Sequence record: SRR31156797_9688
Strand: one strand, 5' to 3'
DNA: 27,383 nt
The notes beneath the pieces are model-generated. The model made no database searches. It saw only the letters and a program-made list of their open reading frames with translations, and was not told where the DNA came from. Positions within the stretch are counted from its first letter, which is position 1. Each line of letters opens with the position of its first letter. The position numbers were made by a program, and so were the translations under genes. This document shows positions 19,101 to 26,934 of the stretch, in pieces.

Positions 19101-20813
19101 ATCTCCCTGAATTTTATAAGAAGATATTTTCTGAAATTTATTCAATACAACTTTAAGTGGTTCTATAACTCTTGCACGATAGTTTACTTTTAGTTTAAAG
19201 CGTGACCAATCCAAAAGTTGCTCCATTATTATTGGCATTCCCTCAAAATTTGAAGGTACCGAGTAAACCAATCTACTTTTACCGCTTCGGATATATTTGG
19301 CAGGAAGAATTACATTTTCATTCCCCTCTCCGCCGGGTAATGAATTGTTCTCCCAAAAGGCTTGTTCCAAAGTATGTTGTGATGGGAAAATTACGATCAT
19401 TGCCGCAGGTTTCTTTGGATTATCAATCTCCAAATAACTCTGCTGACCTTTTTTAATGTATTTAAAATTATAAAATTCAAATTGCAAAAACAGCATATCC
19501 TCAGGACGAAGAATACTTAAGCGAATGATTTCCTTCTCTCTAAACTTAATTGTTCCCAAACGTGCATCTGTTAAAACTCTTTTTTTCGTTTGTACCTTTT
19601 GCTGCAGTAACTCTATCTCTACAATAGGATTTTCGGGATATTCAACAGGCAAACTTAGGGCATCATTTAGTTTGTAATGTGATGCAAGTACCTTTGCATT
19701 TCCTTTAATCTCGTAGATAACTCCATTATTCCCATACATCTCGATTGCAGGTAGTTGATCCGAGAAATTTGACAATAAGTAATTGTTTTCGCCAGATGCC
19801 ATCCAAGCCCCTACCGAAGATAAACTAGCCAGTAAAACCAATTTTTCTTTCTCACCAGCAAATTCGACGGCTAATTGAGAATTATACAAATTAATTTGTT
19901 GAGATTTTTCTTTCTCAAATTTTTTGTGATATAAAAAAAGAGGTGTAGAATTATCTACCTTATCGAATTTAGACAACAATAAATACTCCTTTTTACTTCT
20001 TGAATTAATCCCAACTAATAGAGAATACTTCTGATTTGCGATAGAAGACTTGATCTTTAATTGATCTCCATTTGCTATTTTCCAATTGGTGAGAAGCGAA
20101 TCAACATCAGAAATTGAAAAATCAATTTGAAGTTTCGGTTGTAGATTAGAAAGTACAGAAATATCCTTACCAGGTTCTTGCAAGCTAAGCTGCCGTACAA
20201 CTATGTTATTTTCAGGCAGTTTTAAGATTGCTAAATTTTTTCCTTCCAAATCAATTTTCCAATATTTATTAATTATCACATGAGAGTGATCTTCAATATC
20301 CAATGAAAATCGATCATTCATCTGAAATATTTCCTTTACATCGCAATAATCTGAAATTTGTGATTTTCCATTGATCCAATCCTTAAAATTAAGATCTGCA
20401 TTAATATCTAGATCAGTAAAATTAAACTCAATTCTCCACTCCAGATTATAATAAATATGAGCCTTAAAATCGAAGGAAATAGTTGAACCCGGATAAATCG
20501 CATTACGTAAATTAATGAAATAATCCTCCTTAACTTTTTTGAACTTTAATATCGCATCTCCCTCAAAAAATCGTGTATCTAAAGTCCAGTTTTGATCATC
20601 TGATGTAAAGAATGTAAGGGTATTTCGTCTTTTTCTATAATTGATATCTTTACTTAAAACTTTCCCAAAAACTTTTATTGTTGGATGAAAAGCAAAGATT
20701 CCTATTCCAATACCTCTTATAAAATTACGCCTGCTGGAAGAAGTCGGTTTTTGATTTATTTTATCTCCCCTACTTTTCCTCAGCCTCCTTATGTCCAAAT
20801 ATTTAAATCTCAT
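16149..20813 (-). CDS. Giant uncharacterised protein (about 1554 aa) with putative Tat signal ('protein A')
   Basis: A 4.7-kb ORF from ATG 20813. S-R-R-N-F-I-R is followed by GIGIGIFAF. Blocks: LRPEDMLFLQFEF, TSIEAPTRLFISP, ELWHSR, WEHLATLGRDHYVKVVEAGFLFPFGHTASLVKITER. Acidic coiled coil; Gly-rich beta C-terminus ending WLEYCQAYA. Confidence 0.85.
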   Translation of the reverse strand: MRFKYLDIRRLRKSRGDKINQKPTSSSRRNFIRGIGIGIFAFHPTIKVFGKVLSKDINYRKRRNTLTFFTSDDQNWTLDTRFFEGDAILKFKKVKEDYFINLRNAIYPGSTISFDFKAHIYYNLEWRIEFNFTDLDINADLNFKDWINGKSQISDYCDVKEIFQMNDRFSLDIEDHSHVIINKYWKIDLEGKNLAILKLPENNIVVRQLSLQEPGKDISVLSNLQPKLQIDFSISDVDSLLTNWKIANGDQLKIKSSIANQKYSLLVGINSRSKKEYLLLSKFDKVDNSTPLFLYHKKFEKEKSQQINLYNSQLAVEFAGEKEKLVLLASLSSVGAWMASGENNYLLSNFSDQLPAIEMYGNNGVIYEIKGNAKVLASHYKLNDALSLPVEYPENPIVEIELLQQKVQTKKRVLTDARLGTIKFREKEIIRLSILRPEDMLFLQFEFYNFKYIKKGQQSYLEIDNPKKPAAMIVIFPSQHTLEQAFWENNSLPGGEGNENVILPAKYIRSGKSRLVYSVPSNFEGMPIIMEQLLDWSRFKLKVNYRARVIEPLKVVLNKFQKISSYKIQGDSKLNKRVSKQNLTIAKYGKKRLSQRNLYGANELKKSLPKEVSGQLYANINYSALRIKLLEMRKPSVFETSIEAPTRLFISPNQLAGFAHKNKIDLKDHQEINKGNIKNLQFNNPLISNKGKLSELWHSRMGVRLKNGEVDENVLSGFRTVRALWSRDARKNLKPKPPRNIPFRTALDGRDRHNIVHQTSNFLIKNYTPKPVKADRLMLTPLGAWFNFNANFNFPDFHTQPDFELLEWEHLATLGRDHYVKVVEAGFLFPFGHTASLVKITERKPDNSTKSAVNRQRMYIVILEPVVYYEMRDPKNGFIPFPFQSVEILASKTPDLDPPANLVNLGGDYNFWIRSGAIELQFDLLLVDQEGEEVKVRMPLIFMGKSAGYDQAKSEDVIAAYNSEVNRTTADFNRQEIAYSPSLIEGDTQFETSEVRYGAQILINKPASILKFHPTIKTASVKVKAVEELTGNPDPVLIELIDDDNSGKIFAKVLGNLKADFSGGSDKSGGFMSPNTQVTSLSKLKGPLGGAVEKMQNLDFDPAEFFGSPGDMPVAKLFGVVSVFDLLLGNLNFGKEGNQQADLLSGLSGEMETIKEDILEQQAFLENAADQAKASIEQEIQSLRNQLTSKVNKLEQHLSDQVPRIPNFNAYRTSNAFVVEYRWIPEMEASKSLFGGFLTVNVQKPKESLQVLSKLSRPFDTAQKTQFGVDASFTDFSIEIKELIQVRFKSLKFGGGSGKKADVKVEMAEEDSILFMGPLSFVNQLQNLIPSNGFADGPYMKLSPTGVSAGFDLAIPSVEVGVCTIANMTLGAGVNLPFTGAPLTLKFNFCKREAPFLLTVSAFGGGGYFLMKTSVKGFVGMEAAFEFGAALSVNFGIASGGVSVMGGFYFSMEIVDDHTETVLTGYIRFNGYLSILGIISISLEIYLAFVAMFQNGKVEKLYGEAIVKVKVEVLFFSKTVTLTARRELKGADADPTFQMIMEENDWLEYCQAYA

Positions 20814-20931
20814 TTCGCTTCCTATTTTATGCAATAGAATAGAAATTAAGAAAGCTAGCTTGCAATGTCAATAGCAGAGTACCTTTATTTTTATTGAGTT
20901 TAAATAATATTTGATTAAAGAAAAATTAGAC

Positions 20932-20963
20932 AAAAAAAAACCTCATCAATTTTTGACGAGGTT
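20932..20963 (-). terminator. Intrinsic terminator after the beta-barrel receptor gene
   Basis: On the - strand: AACCTCGTCAA-AAA-TTGATGAGGTT followed by a T run, about 22 nt after the stop at 20986. Confidence 0.85.
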
Positions 20964-20985
20964 ATTTTCTATTGTAATATAATTT

Positions 20986-23391
20986 TTAAATATCTAATTC
21001 TGAATGTCTCTTCATTCCAGAACCCTTTTTCTTTGCACGTAAAACACGGTATCGTTTACCAAAATAGTATCTAAACGTTAATTTTGCAATTTGTGTTTCT
21101 TTATACCTAATTTCCTTGTTATAAAAATCAGGATCAGAGGAGTGAATTTTAAATTTAAATGTGTTAAATATATCATTAGCCGTAAATGACAAACTACCTC
21201 TTCCTTTTAAAACTTTACGACTTAAACCTAAATCTACGTAATACAAGTTTTGATATTTTCCCTGAGCTGTTAAAATCTCTGATTGGTAACGGAAACTAGC
21301 TTGCATTTTGAACCATTTTTTGAAATTCATGATGGAAGTTACTTTACCTAAAACTTCCCACATGTCTCTTGATCCAAAATTAAAATCATCACCCGGATTT
21401 ATTTTTTCATAAATACCACCAACATAACCACTTAAACTCCACCAATTATTTAACTTAGTAGAAGCTTCAAATTCTAATGCTGAATAAAATTTATTATCGA
21501 AATTACCATACGACACAACAGATTCATTATCGTCGTTTATACTTCTGTATTGATTAATTAATGTATTGTAATAATTAATGTATAAGGTCGTTTTATAACT
21601 TGCCTTTTTTCTATCATAAGACATAGACATTTCTACATTGTGATTGTAGTAAGCTTCAATATCCTGAGCTCCCAATCTCTGATTTTCTGGATCACGTAAG
21701 TTTTGAAATGGATTTAACATACCTGAGTTTGGTCTGTATATCATTCTACTATATGCCAATTCCCATTTTTTTGTATCTGAAAAATCATAAGACAAATGAA
21801 CACTTGGAAATAAATCCAAATAATCATCCTTAAAATCTCTGTTAGTTGTAATATCCGAGTATTCAGCTCTTAAACCCAACTCATAAGCAAATTTACCTGA
21901 TCCTCCGGTATACATTAAATACAAGCCATGAATATTTTCTTCGTAATTGAAAGCTGTTGAAAGATCCTGTTGATCTTCATAGTCAATTTCATTGTTACGG
22001 TATAAGTATCCTGTTTCAAATTTTCCTTTCTCACCCACCGGATGCACATAGTCAACTTGAGCTACAGATTCCTTTCTTGCAGTTTTGTAAAAATCACTTC
22101 CTGAGTAGTTCCAAATATTGGAAGATTCGTCACGTTGGCTATAATTACCTGAATTATCCGCCTCGTTATCGGTATACGCAAAATCCACAGATAAACTTTG
22201 CCCCTTTTTCGCAAATTTATGTATATAAGAAGCATTATAAATTCTGGAAGTTAAATCAAGATCCACAGCACTTTTTCTATATGATACATCTGGCATACCA
22301 CTACTTAACACATTGCTCTCAATGTACTCGTAATTTCCATTCCAATTCTGTAAAATATCTCTATAAGTAGTCGATAAGGTTATTGTATTATTATCGTCAA
22401 TCAAAAAATCCATCCCGATTTTGCCTATATGGTATCTGTTGCCAAAATCTACATCAGCATGTTCAATAAGGGATGTATTAGCCTCATAAATTGATCGTTG
22501 AACATTATAATCTCTACCTGCCCAATCATCTTTATAAACGTACTGACCAAAGAAGTTTATTTTTCCAGTACGTAAATTAGCACTAAAGTTTCCAGATTTC
22601 TTATCCTTGGTTCCTACTGTTGCTGAAGCACTACCATTAAAGCCCTTAGTACGATTTTTCTTCATGATAATGTTAATGATCCCAGTTGCTCCTGTTGCGT
22701 CATATCTTGCAGAAGATGTACTAATCAGTTCTACTCTATCCACATCAGAAGCAGACATTCCTGATAGAACCTCGGAAGGATTCATTCCAAGCAATCCACT
22801 GATTTTTCCATCAATCAAAATTTTAACATTTGAACTTCCCCGAAACTGAATATCCCCATCAGCATTTACACTCAACTTAGGAACAGTATTCAAAACATCA
22901 TTTATTGTTCCACCATCGGCAATTGGAGATTTAGATACGTTATAAACCGTTTTTCCTAATTCCATTCTCGAGAATTCGCGATTTCCTTCCACAACAACCT
23001 CTTCTAGTGCTTTAGTATCTACAGCAAGGGAAATTGCTTGTTTTAATATTTTTTTCTCATTGCTTGCAAGTGTTAATTTCTTAAGCGTGTATGAATTGTA
23101 TCCGATATAGTCAACTTTCAGGAAATAAGCATCCGCTTTTAATTTTTCAAGTTTAAATTCACCTTTTTTATTGGTTATTGTACCTTTTACCAAAGTAGAG
23201 TCTTTTAAACAAAAAATAGATACGGTAGCGAATTCAAGAGGTTTTTGATGCTTATTTTCAATAATTTTCCCTTTAACAGAAGATGCCAAAAGTTCGGCAG
23301 TTGGATTGAGGGAAAAAGCATAATTTGAAGAAAAAATAATCAACATTGCACAAACGATGATATTCTTCCAAAAAGAAAATTTAAGGTTCAT
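20986..23391 (-). CDS. TonB-dependent receptor-like outer-membrane beta-barrel protein with N-terminal CarboxypepD_reg-like domain and plug
   Basis: Signal peptide; VKGKII...LEFATV...GTITNKKGEF...YIGY; LEEVVV; plug VDRVELISTSSARYDATGATGIINIIMKK; barrel strands GLRAEYS, LFPSVHLSY, NDIFNT, LTFRYYFG. Confidence 0.9.
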   Translation of the reverse strand: MNLKFSFWKNIIVCAMLIIFSSNYAFSLNPTAELLASSVKGKIIENKHQKPLEFATVSIFCLKDSTLVKGTITNKKGEFKLEKLKADAYFLKVDYIGYNSYTLKKLTLASNEKKILKQAISLAVDTKALEEVVVEGNREFSRMELGKTVYNVSKSPIADGGTINDVLNTVPKLSVNADGDIQFRGSSNVKILIDGKISGLLGMNPSEVLSGMSASDVDRVELISTSSARYDATGATGIINIIMKKNRTKGFNGSASATVGTKDKKSGNFSANLRTGKINFFGQYVYKDDWAGRDYNVQRSIYEANTSLIEHADVDFGNRYHIGKIGMDFLIDDNNTITLSTTYRDILQNWNGNYEYIESNVLSSGMPDVSYRKSAVDLDLTSRIYNASYIHKFAKKGQSLSVDFAYTDNEADNSGNYSQRDESSNIWNYSGSDFYKTARKESVAQVDYVHPVGEKGKFETGYLYRNNEIDYEDQQDLSTAFNYEENIHGLYLMYTGGSGKFAYELGLRAEYSDITTNRDFKDDYLDLFPSVHLSYDFSDTKKWELAYSRMIYRPNSGMLNPFQNLRDPENQRLGAQDIEAYYNHNVEMSMSYDRKKASYKTTLYINYYNTLINQYRSINDDNESVVSYGNFDNKFYSALEFEASTKLNNWWSLSGYVGGIYEKINPGDDFNFGSRDMWEVLGKVTSIMNFKKWFKMQASFRYQSEILTAQGKYQNLYYVDLGLSRKVLKGRGSLSFTANDIFNTFKFKIHSSDPDFYNKEIRYKETQIAKLTFRYYFGKRYRVLRAKKKGSGMKRHSELDI

Positions 23392-23430
23392 TGTAGTTTA
23401 TAGATTAGTTTAACATGTAGTGTGGCTGAA

Positions 23431-23438
23431 CAAATATA
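23431..23438 (-). promoter_or_regulatory. Sigma-A -7 element of the receptor gene
   Basis: TATATTTG on the - strand, about 40 nt upstream of ATG 23391. A TTG lies 23 nt further upstream. Confidence 0.55.
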
Positions 23439-23606
23439 TATCATTATGTTGAAATATCACACAATAATTTAAACTTTTCATCTTCTCTTTTATTGCGTTT
23501 AAACCTCATTCAATCATCAAAAAACTCCAATTCACTTAATTTTACTAGATTTTTCGCACATCCCTAAATTAGAAAAAAACATTCTCCTCAATAAAATATA
23601 TTAAAT

Positions 23607-23636
23607 AAAAAACCACCATTCTAAACGAATGATGGT
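23607..23636 (-). terminator. Intrinsic terminator after the LytTR regulator
   Basis: On the - strand: ACCATCATTC-GTTTA-GAATGGTGGT followed by TTTTT, about 23 nt after the stop. Confidence 0.8.
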
Positions 23637-23659
23637 ATTATCTATTATGGAAATTCTAT

Positions 23660-24409
23660 TTACAGTTCAAGTTGTTTTTTTAGGAGCTTAAAACCATTTC
23701 TGCTAACTTTTAAACTCTCGCCACTTTTTAAAATCACAATCCAGTTGTCTTTTTCGTAAGGCTGTAATTGGGAAATCTGATCTATTTTCACAAGATAAGA
23801 ACGATGTATCCTGCAAAATTCATTTTGACTCAAATGTGATTCAAAATATTTCATGGTTTTTTGTTTTAGATGTCTTCCTGTATGAGTATAAATCATTACA
23901 TAATCATCCTGAGCTTCAAAATATTTTATTTTATCTACTGCGATTACATCAATTTTATTTCTAGATTTTACAACTACCCTATTAATTAATTCACTTGAAG
24001 AATCATTATGAGATGTTATTTTTTCAATTTGATCATTAGCTAAACTATTGTTGATTCTTTCTCTGGCTTTTACCAAAGCATCACTAAATCTTTCCCCTGA
24101 AAAGGGTTTTAAGAGATAATCCACAGCATTATGCTCAAAAGCTTTTATTGCATATTCATTGTAGGCTGTGGTAAATACAATATTATAAGATTTATCCAAT
24201 AATTCCAGCAGCTCAAAACCTGTTAACTTTGGCATTTGAACATCGAGAAATATCAAATCCGGATGATATTCCTGAATTGCCTTTAGTCCTTGAAATCCAT
24301 CAGAAAACTCACCAATTATTTCTATATCGCCTTCTGCTTGTAAATAAGATTTAACCAAGTCTCGAGCTAATGATTCATCATCAATAATTATTGTTTTAAT
24401 CGTATTCAT
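23660..24409 (-). CDS. LytTR family two-component response regulator
   Basis: Receiver motifs IIDDE, FLDVQMP, FTTAY, DYLLKP. LytTR motifs EAQDDYV, FCRIHRSYLV, LKVSR. Confidence 0.95.
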   Translation of the reverse strand: MNTIKTIIIDDESLARDLVKSYLQAEGDIEIIGEFSDGFQGLKAIQEYHPDLIFLDVQMPKLTGFELLELLDKSYNIVFTTAYNEYAIKAFEHNAVDYLLKPFSGERFSDALVKARERINNSLANDQIEKITSHNDSSSELINRVVVKSRNKIDVIAVDKIKYFEAQDDYVMIYTHTGRHLKQKTMKYFESHLSQNEFCRIHRSYLVKIDQISQLQPYEKDNWIVILKSGESLKVSRNGFKLLKKQLEL

Positions 24410-24411
24410 AT

Positions 24412-25461
24412 CTACTTACTTTGAGGAAATTCAAGATAAACTGTAAACTGATGTTCTGTTTTAACAATCTTCATCAAATCGGCACGTCCATAAATCAAAT
24501 TTAACCGCTCCTGAATATTTTTTAATCCTATTCCATTCCCTTTAGGAGGAACCGCTTCTGCATCGAAATTATTACTAATCTCTATTTCGAGTCTACCCGA
24601 TTCAACTTTACAGTTGGTAGTAATTGTAACAGGTTCTAAACTTTCATGCACTCCATACTTAATTGCATTTTCGTACAATGGCTGAAGTATCAAGTTGGGA
24701 ATTTTTAAATTTTCGCACTTCGCATTCAAATCAAAATCAAGCTGAAGACGCTCTCCAAAGCGCACCTTCTCAATTTCCAAATACAATTTAATATTATTCA
24801 ATTCATTCGTTAGACTATTCAACTCCTTTAAATCCTGATCTAAAGAATATCGTAAAAATGAAGATAACTTCACAAGCATTTCTCTTGACTGTTCCGGTCT
24901 TGAAAGAGTTAATGAACTAACCGAATTTAAACTATTAAAAAGAAAATGAGGATTAATTTGAGATTTTAATGCATTCAACTCAGCCTCTTTCACAAGGTTT
25001 TTCAACTCGGATTCATGTACTAATTTGTCTTTAAAGTTATTGTAATAAATAATTAAATAATAAACAATAATTAAATAATCGTAAACACATAGTGTAAATA
25101 ACACCTGCCAATGTATGGGAATAATATAATCAATACCCACATCATAGCTAGCAAATAATCCATTTCTTATCTGATAAGCACTCGATATCCATAAACCAAC
25201 TACGACTCCACCTGCCGCCAAATGATGTAGTATAAAACCTAGAATACCGGAATTTTCGATATTCACATACCTAACAACATACCAAATGCAAAGACCTAAA
25301 ATTAGCAAGGGAAGAGAGAAACTAAATGAATTTACAAAGGAATTATAAGCTGTTCTCTCTTCGAAATACCAACCAATTACAAATAACAAACTTGCAAATA
25401 AAAGCCAGGCTGTAATATAAATTGGTATGCCAAAACGATTTTGTAGTATTGGGTGTCTCAT
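24412..25461 (-). CDS. LytS-type membrane sensor histidine kinase
   Basis: About 4 N-terminal TM helices; ELNALKSQINPHFLFNSLN; YLEIEKVRFGERL; LQPLYENAIKYG; GNGIGLKNIQERL. Confidence 0.95.
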   Translation of the reverse strand: MRHPILQNRFGIPIYITAWLLFASLLFVIGWYFEERTAYNSFVNSFSFSLPLLILGLCIWYVVRYVNIENSGILGFILHHLAAGGVVVGLWISSAYQIRNGLFASYDVGIDYIIPIHWQVLFTLCVYDYLIIVYYLIIYYNNFKDKLVHESELKNLVKEAELNALKSQINPHFLFNSLNSVSSLTLSRPEQSREMLVKLSSFLRYSLDQDLKELNSLTNELNNIKLYLEIEKVRFGERLQLDFDLNAKCENLKIPNLILQPLYENAIKYGVHESLEPVTITTNCKVESGRLEIEISNNFDAEAVPPKGNGIGLKNIQERLNLIYGRADLMKIVKTEHQFTVYLEFPQSK

Positions 25462-25467
25462 TATCGG

Positions 25468-26190
25468 CTATTTGTATGATTTAATTTCACATCCGCCTAA
25501 TGCAACTATTCCCTTAATTATTAACTCTTTTTTAGGTTCTACAATATAATTTGTTGTTGGAATTCGTTTGTCTGCAACACCTCCAAGTATAGCGGAAACT
25601 TCAACTTTAACCTCCCAATCTGAAGGAACAATTAAAACACATCCTCCAAACATTGTAAAAACATCAATTACATTAGTGCCTTCCGCAAGATTAGCATTAG
25701 TTAGGTTTAGTTCCGTACCTCCAAATACACAGGTTATTTTTCCTCCTTTAAAATTGTTGGTATTTATAACTTTTTCTCCTCCTCCAAAAACATTTAATTC
25801 ATCTATATAAGAAGATTCATTTCCAGTTCGTTCTTTTGAGTTTGGCATACATTCGTTACGTTTACGAATTATAAATATTCCAACGACAATTAAAATTACT
25901 GGCCAGAAAATTCCTTTCCAATGAAATCCCCAGTCAAATATAATTGGTAATAAAAATAAGCCTCCAACACCCATTAACACAAAACCAGTTGTTTTATCAT
26001 TTTTACCAAGATAAAATAAGGCTCCCAATCCGAACAATAATGCTGGCCATGAAAAAAGAATATCCTTCATGTAATACGGGAATATATCAAGGTTTTTAAG
26101 AACCAATAAGCAACCAAATAAAATTAGAAAAACACCAAAAATTACACGGTTATTTTCTCTATTCTTGGGGTTTGAATGATGATGCCTCAT
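25468..26190 (-). CDS. LiaF-like membrane protein (DUF5668 TM domain plus DUF2154-like C-terminal domain)
   Basis: 4 TM helices with SWP/FWP motifs; VFGGGEK..FKGGKITCVFGGTELNL...MFGGCVLIVPSDWEV...ILGGVADKR. Confidence 0.88.
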   Translation of the reverse strand: MRHHHSNPKNRENNRVIFGVFLILFGCLLVLKNLDIFPYYMKDILFSWPALLFGLGALFYLGKNDKTTGFVLMGVGGLFLLPIIFDWGFHWKGIFWPVILIVVGIFIIRKRNECMPNSKERTGNESSYIDELNVFGGGEKVINTNNFKGGKITCVFGGTELNLTNANLAEGTNVIDVFTMFGGCVLIVPSDWEVKVEVSAILGGVADKRIPTTNYIVEPKKELIIKGIVALGGCEIKSYK

Positions 26191-26223
26191 AACAAATATA
26201 TTTTAAAATGTTAATTTACTATT

Positions 26224-26562
26224 TTATTTAATACACTCTTTTGATGATGGTTGTAGAATATATCCTAAACCTCCAATAATTAAAATCGCCGGTAAAAACC
26301 AAATTTCACTATTCTCAGGAAGAAAATACAAATCATCAACCAGGAAATATCCACCGATAAGTATTGAAATAATACCTCCGAAATATTTACGTCGAACAAT
26401 TATTAGCAATAAACCAACTAGAATCATTACCGATTCCCATCTGTAAAGCCAATTCGTTATAAAATCGGAATGATAATTTAATCTCTCAAGTAAAACAATA
26501 CTACCAATAAGAATTAAACCAATCCCTACAAACAAGCTTTTATTTTTTTTATTTTCATCCAT
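26224..26562 (-). CDS. LiaF-type transmembrane-only protein (DUF5668-like)
   Basis: 4 hydrophobic segments (GIGLILIG.., W...MILVGL, GGYFL, LPAILIIGG) that parallel the N-terminal half of the next gene. Confidence 0.8.
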   Translation of the reverse strand: MDENKKNKSLFVGIGLILIGSIVLLERLNYHSDFITNWLYRWESVMILVGLLLIIVRRKYFGGIISILIGGYFLVDDLYFLPENSEIWFLPAILIIGGLGYILQPSSKECIK

Positions 26563-26610
26563 GTCTATTAATTTTAGTTAGACAATAACGCTCTTCGGTT
26601 ACTTATAATA

Positions 26611-26678
26611 CTAAAGTATTTCAAAATGCAATATTTAAATATATGTAATCGGTTAACAAGTCAAATGAATCGGTAAAT
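26611..26678 (-). promoter_or_regulatory. Promoter of the liaF-like/lytS/lytTR operon with a LytTR-type direct repeat
   Basis: A -7-like TACTTTAG at 26611-26618 on the - strand. Direct repeat AATCGGTTAA (26647) / AATCGGTAAA (26668) on the + strand, with a 21-bp period. Confidence 0.65.
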
Positions 26679-26934
26679 GGATAACTATTATTAACTATCG
26701 ATTTCTAACAATCTTAAAAAAACATCCAGACAATATATTTTATAGTATCCATATCCATCAGTAACAACATGATTTCTAAAACTGTTTTAGTTAAACTTTA
26801 AATAATTCACATTAACAATTAAGATTCCTTACAAAGCTTGATAAATTCAAACTTAGGATTACTATTTTTACCAATTAAGAGACATGTAAATTAAATGTCC
26901 TTATCTATTCTCAAAACAATAGACCTTTTAGATT

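Noticed and set aside
11970-20813. Giant pair as Tc toxin, RHS, alpha-2-macroglobulin, contractile injection system or anti-phage NTPase
   Set aside because: I saw no YD/RHS repeats, CxEQ thioester, Walker A motif, nuclease motif, or neighbouring sheath/tube/baseplate genes. It is left as unknown.
20814-20834. Longer 1561-aa start for protein A
   Set aside because: It uses a TTG codon; the in-frame ATG at 20813 is more plausible. Likewise ATG 1912, 10063 and 10546 are preferred over the track's 1900, 10084 and 10555.
20852-20861. Perfect palindrome AAGCTAGCTT upstream of protein A
   Set aside because: A single 10-bp palindrome is expected by chance, and I saw no second copy or cognate regulator.
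20986-21070. Receptor ends in a basic tail instead of a terminal Phe
   Set aside because: A tail after the last Y-x-F-G strand is usual for this Bacteroidota beta-barrel family. It is not evidence of a frameshift.
20986-23391. Receptor as SusC of a PUL
   Set aside because: It is too short, lacks SusC motifs, has no susD downstream and is followed by its own terminator.
1190-25810. Many short (60-140 aa) ORFs in the track overlapping the long genes, e.g. 3673-3957, 9354-9623, 9645-9950, 14848-15153, 21957-22370, 25568-25810
   Set aside because: They are antisense or out-of-frame shadows of well-supported genes, often with non-ATG starts and no recognisable motifs.
26876-26923. Two small hairpins upstream of ligA (GACAT..ATGTC; TCTATT..AATAGA) as a riboswitch or ncRNA
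   Set aside because: The stems are short and AT-rich and match no RNA family I recognise.
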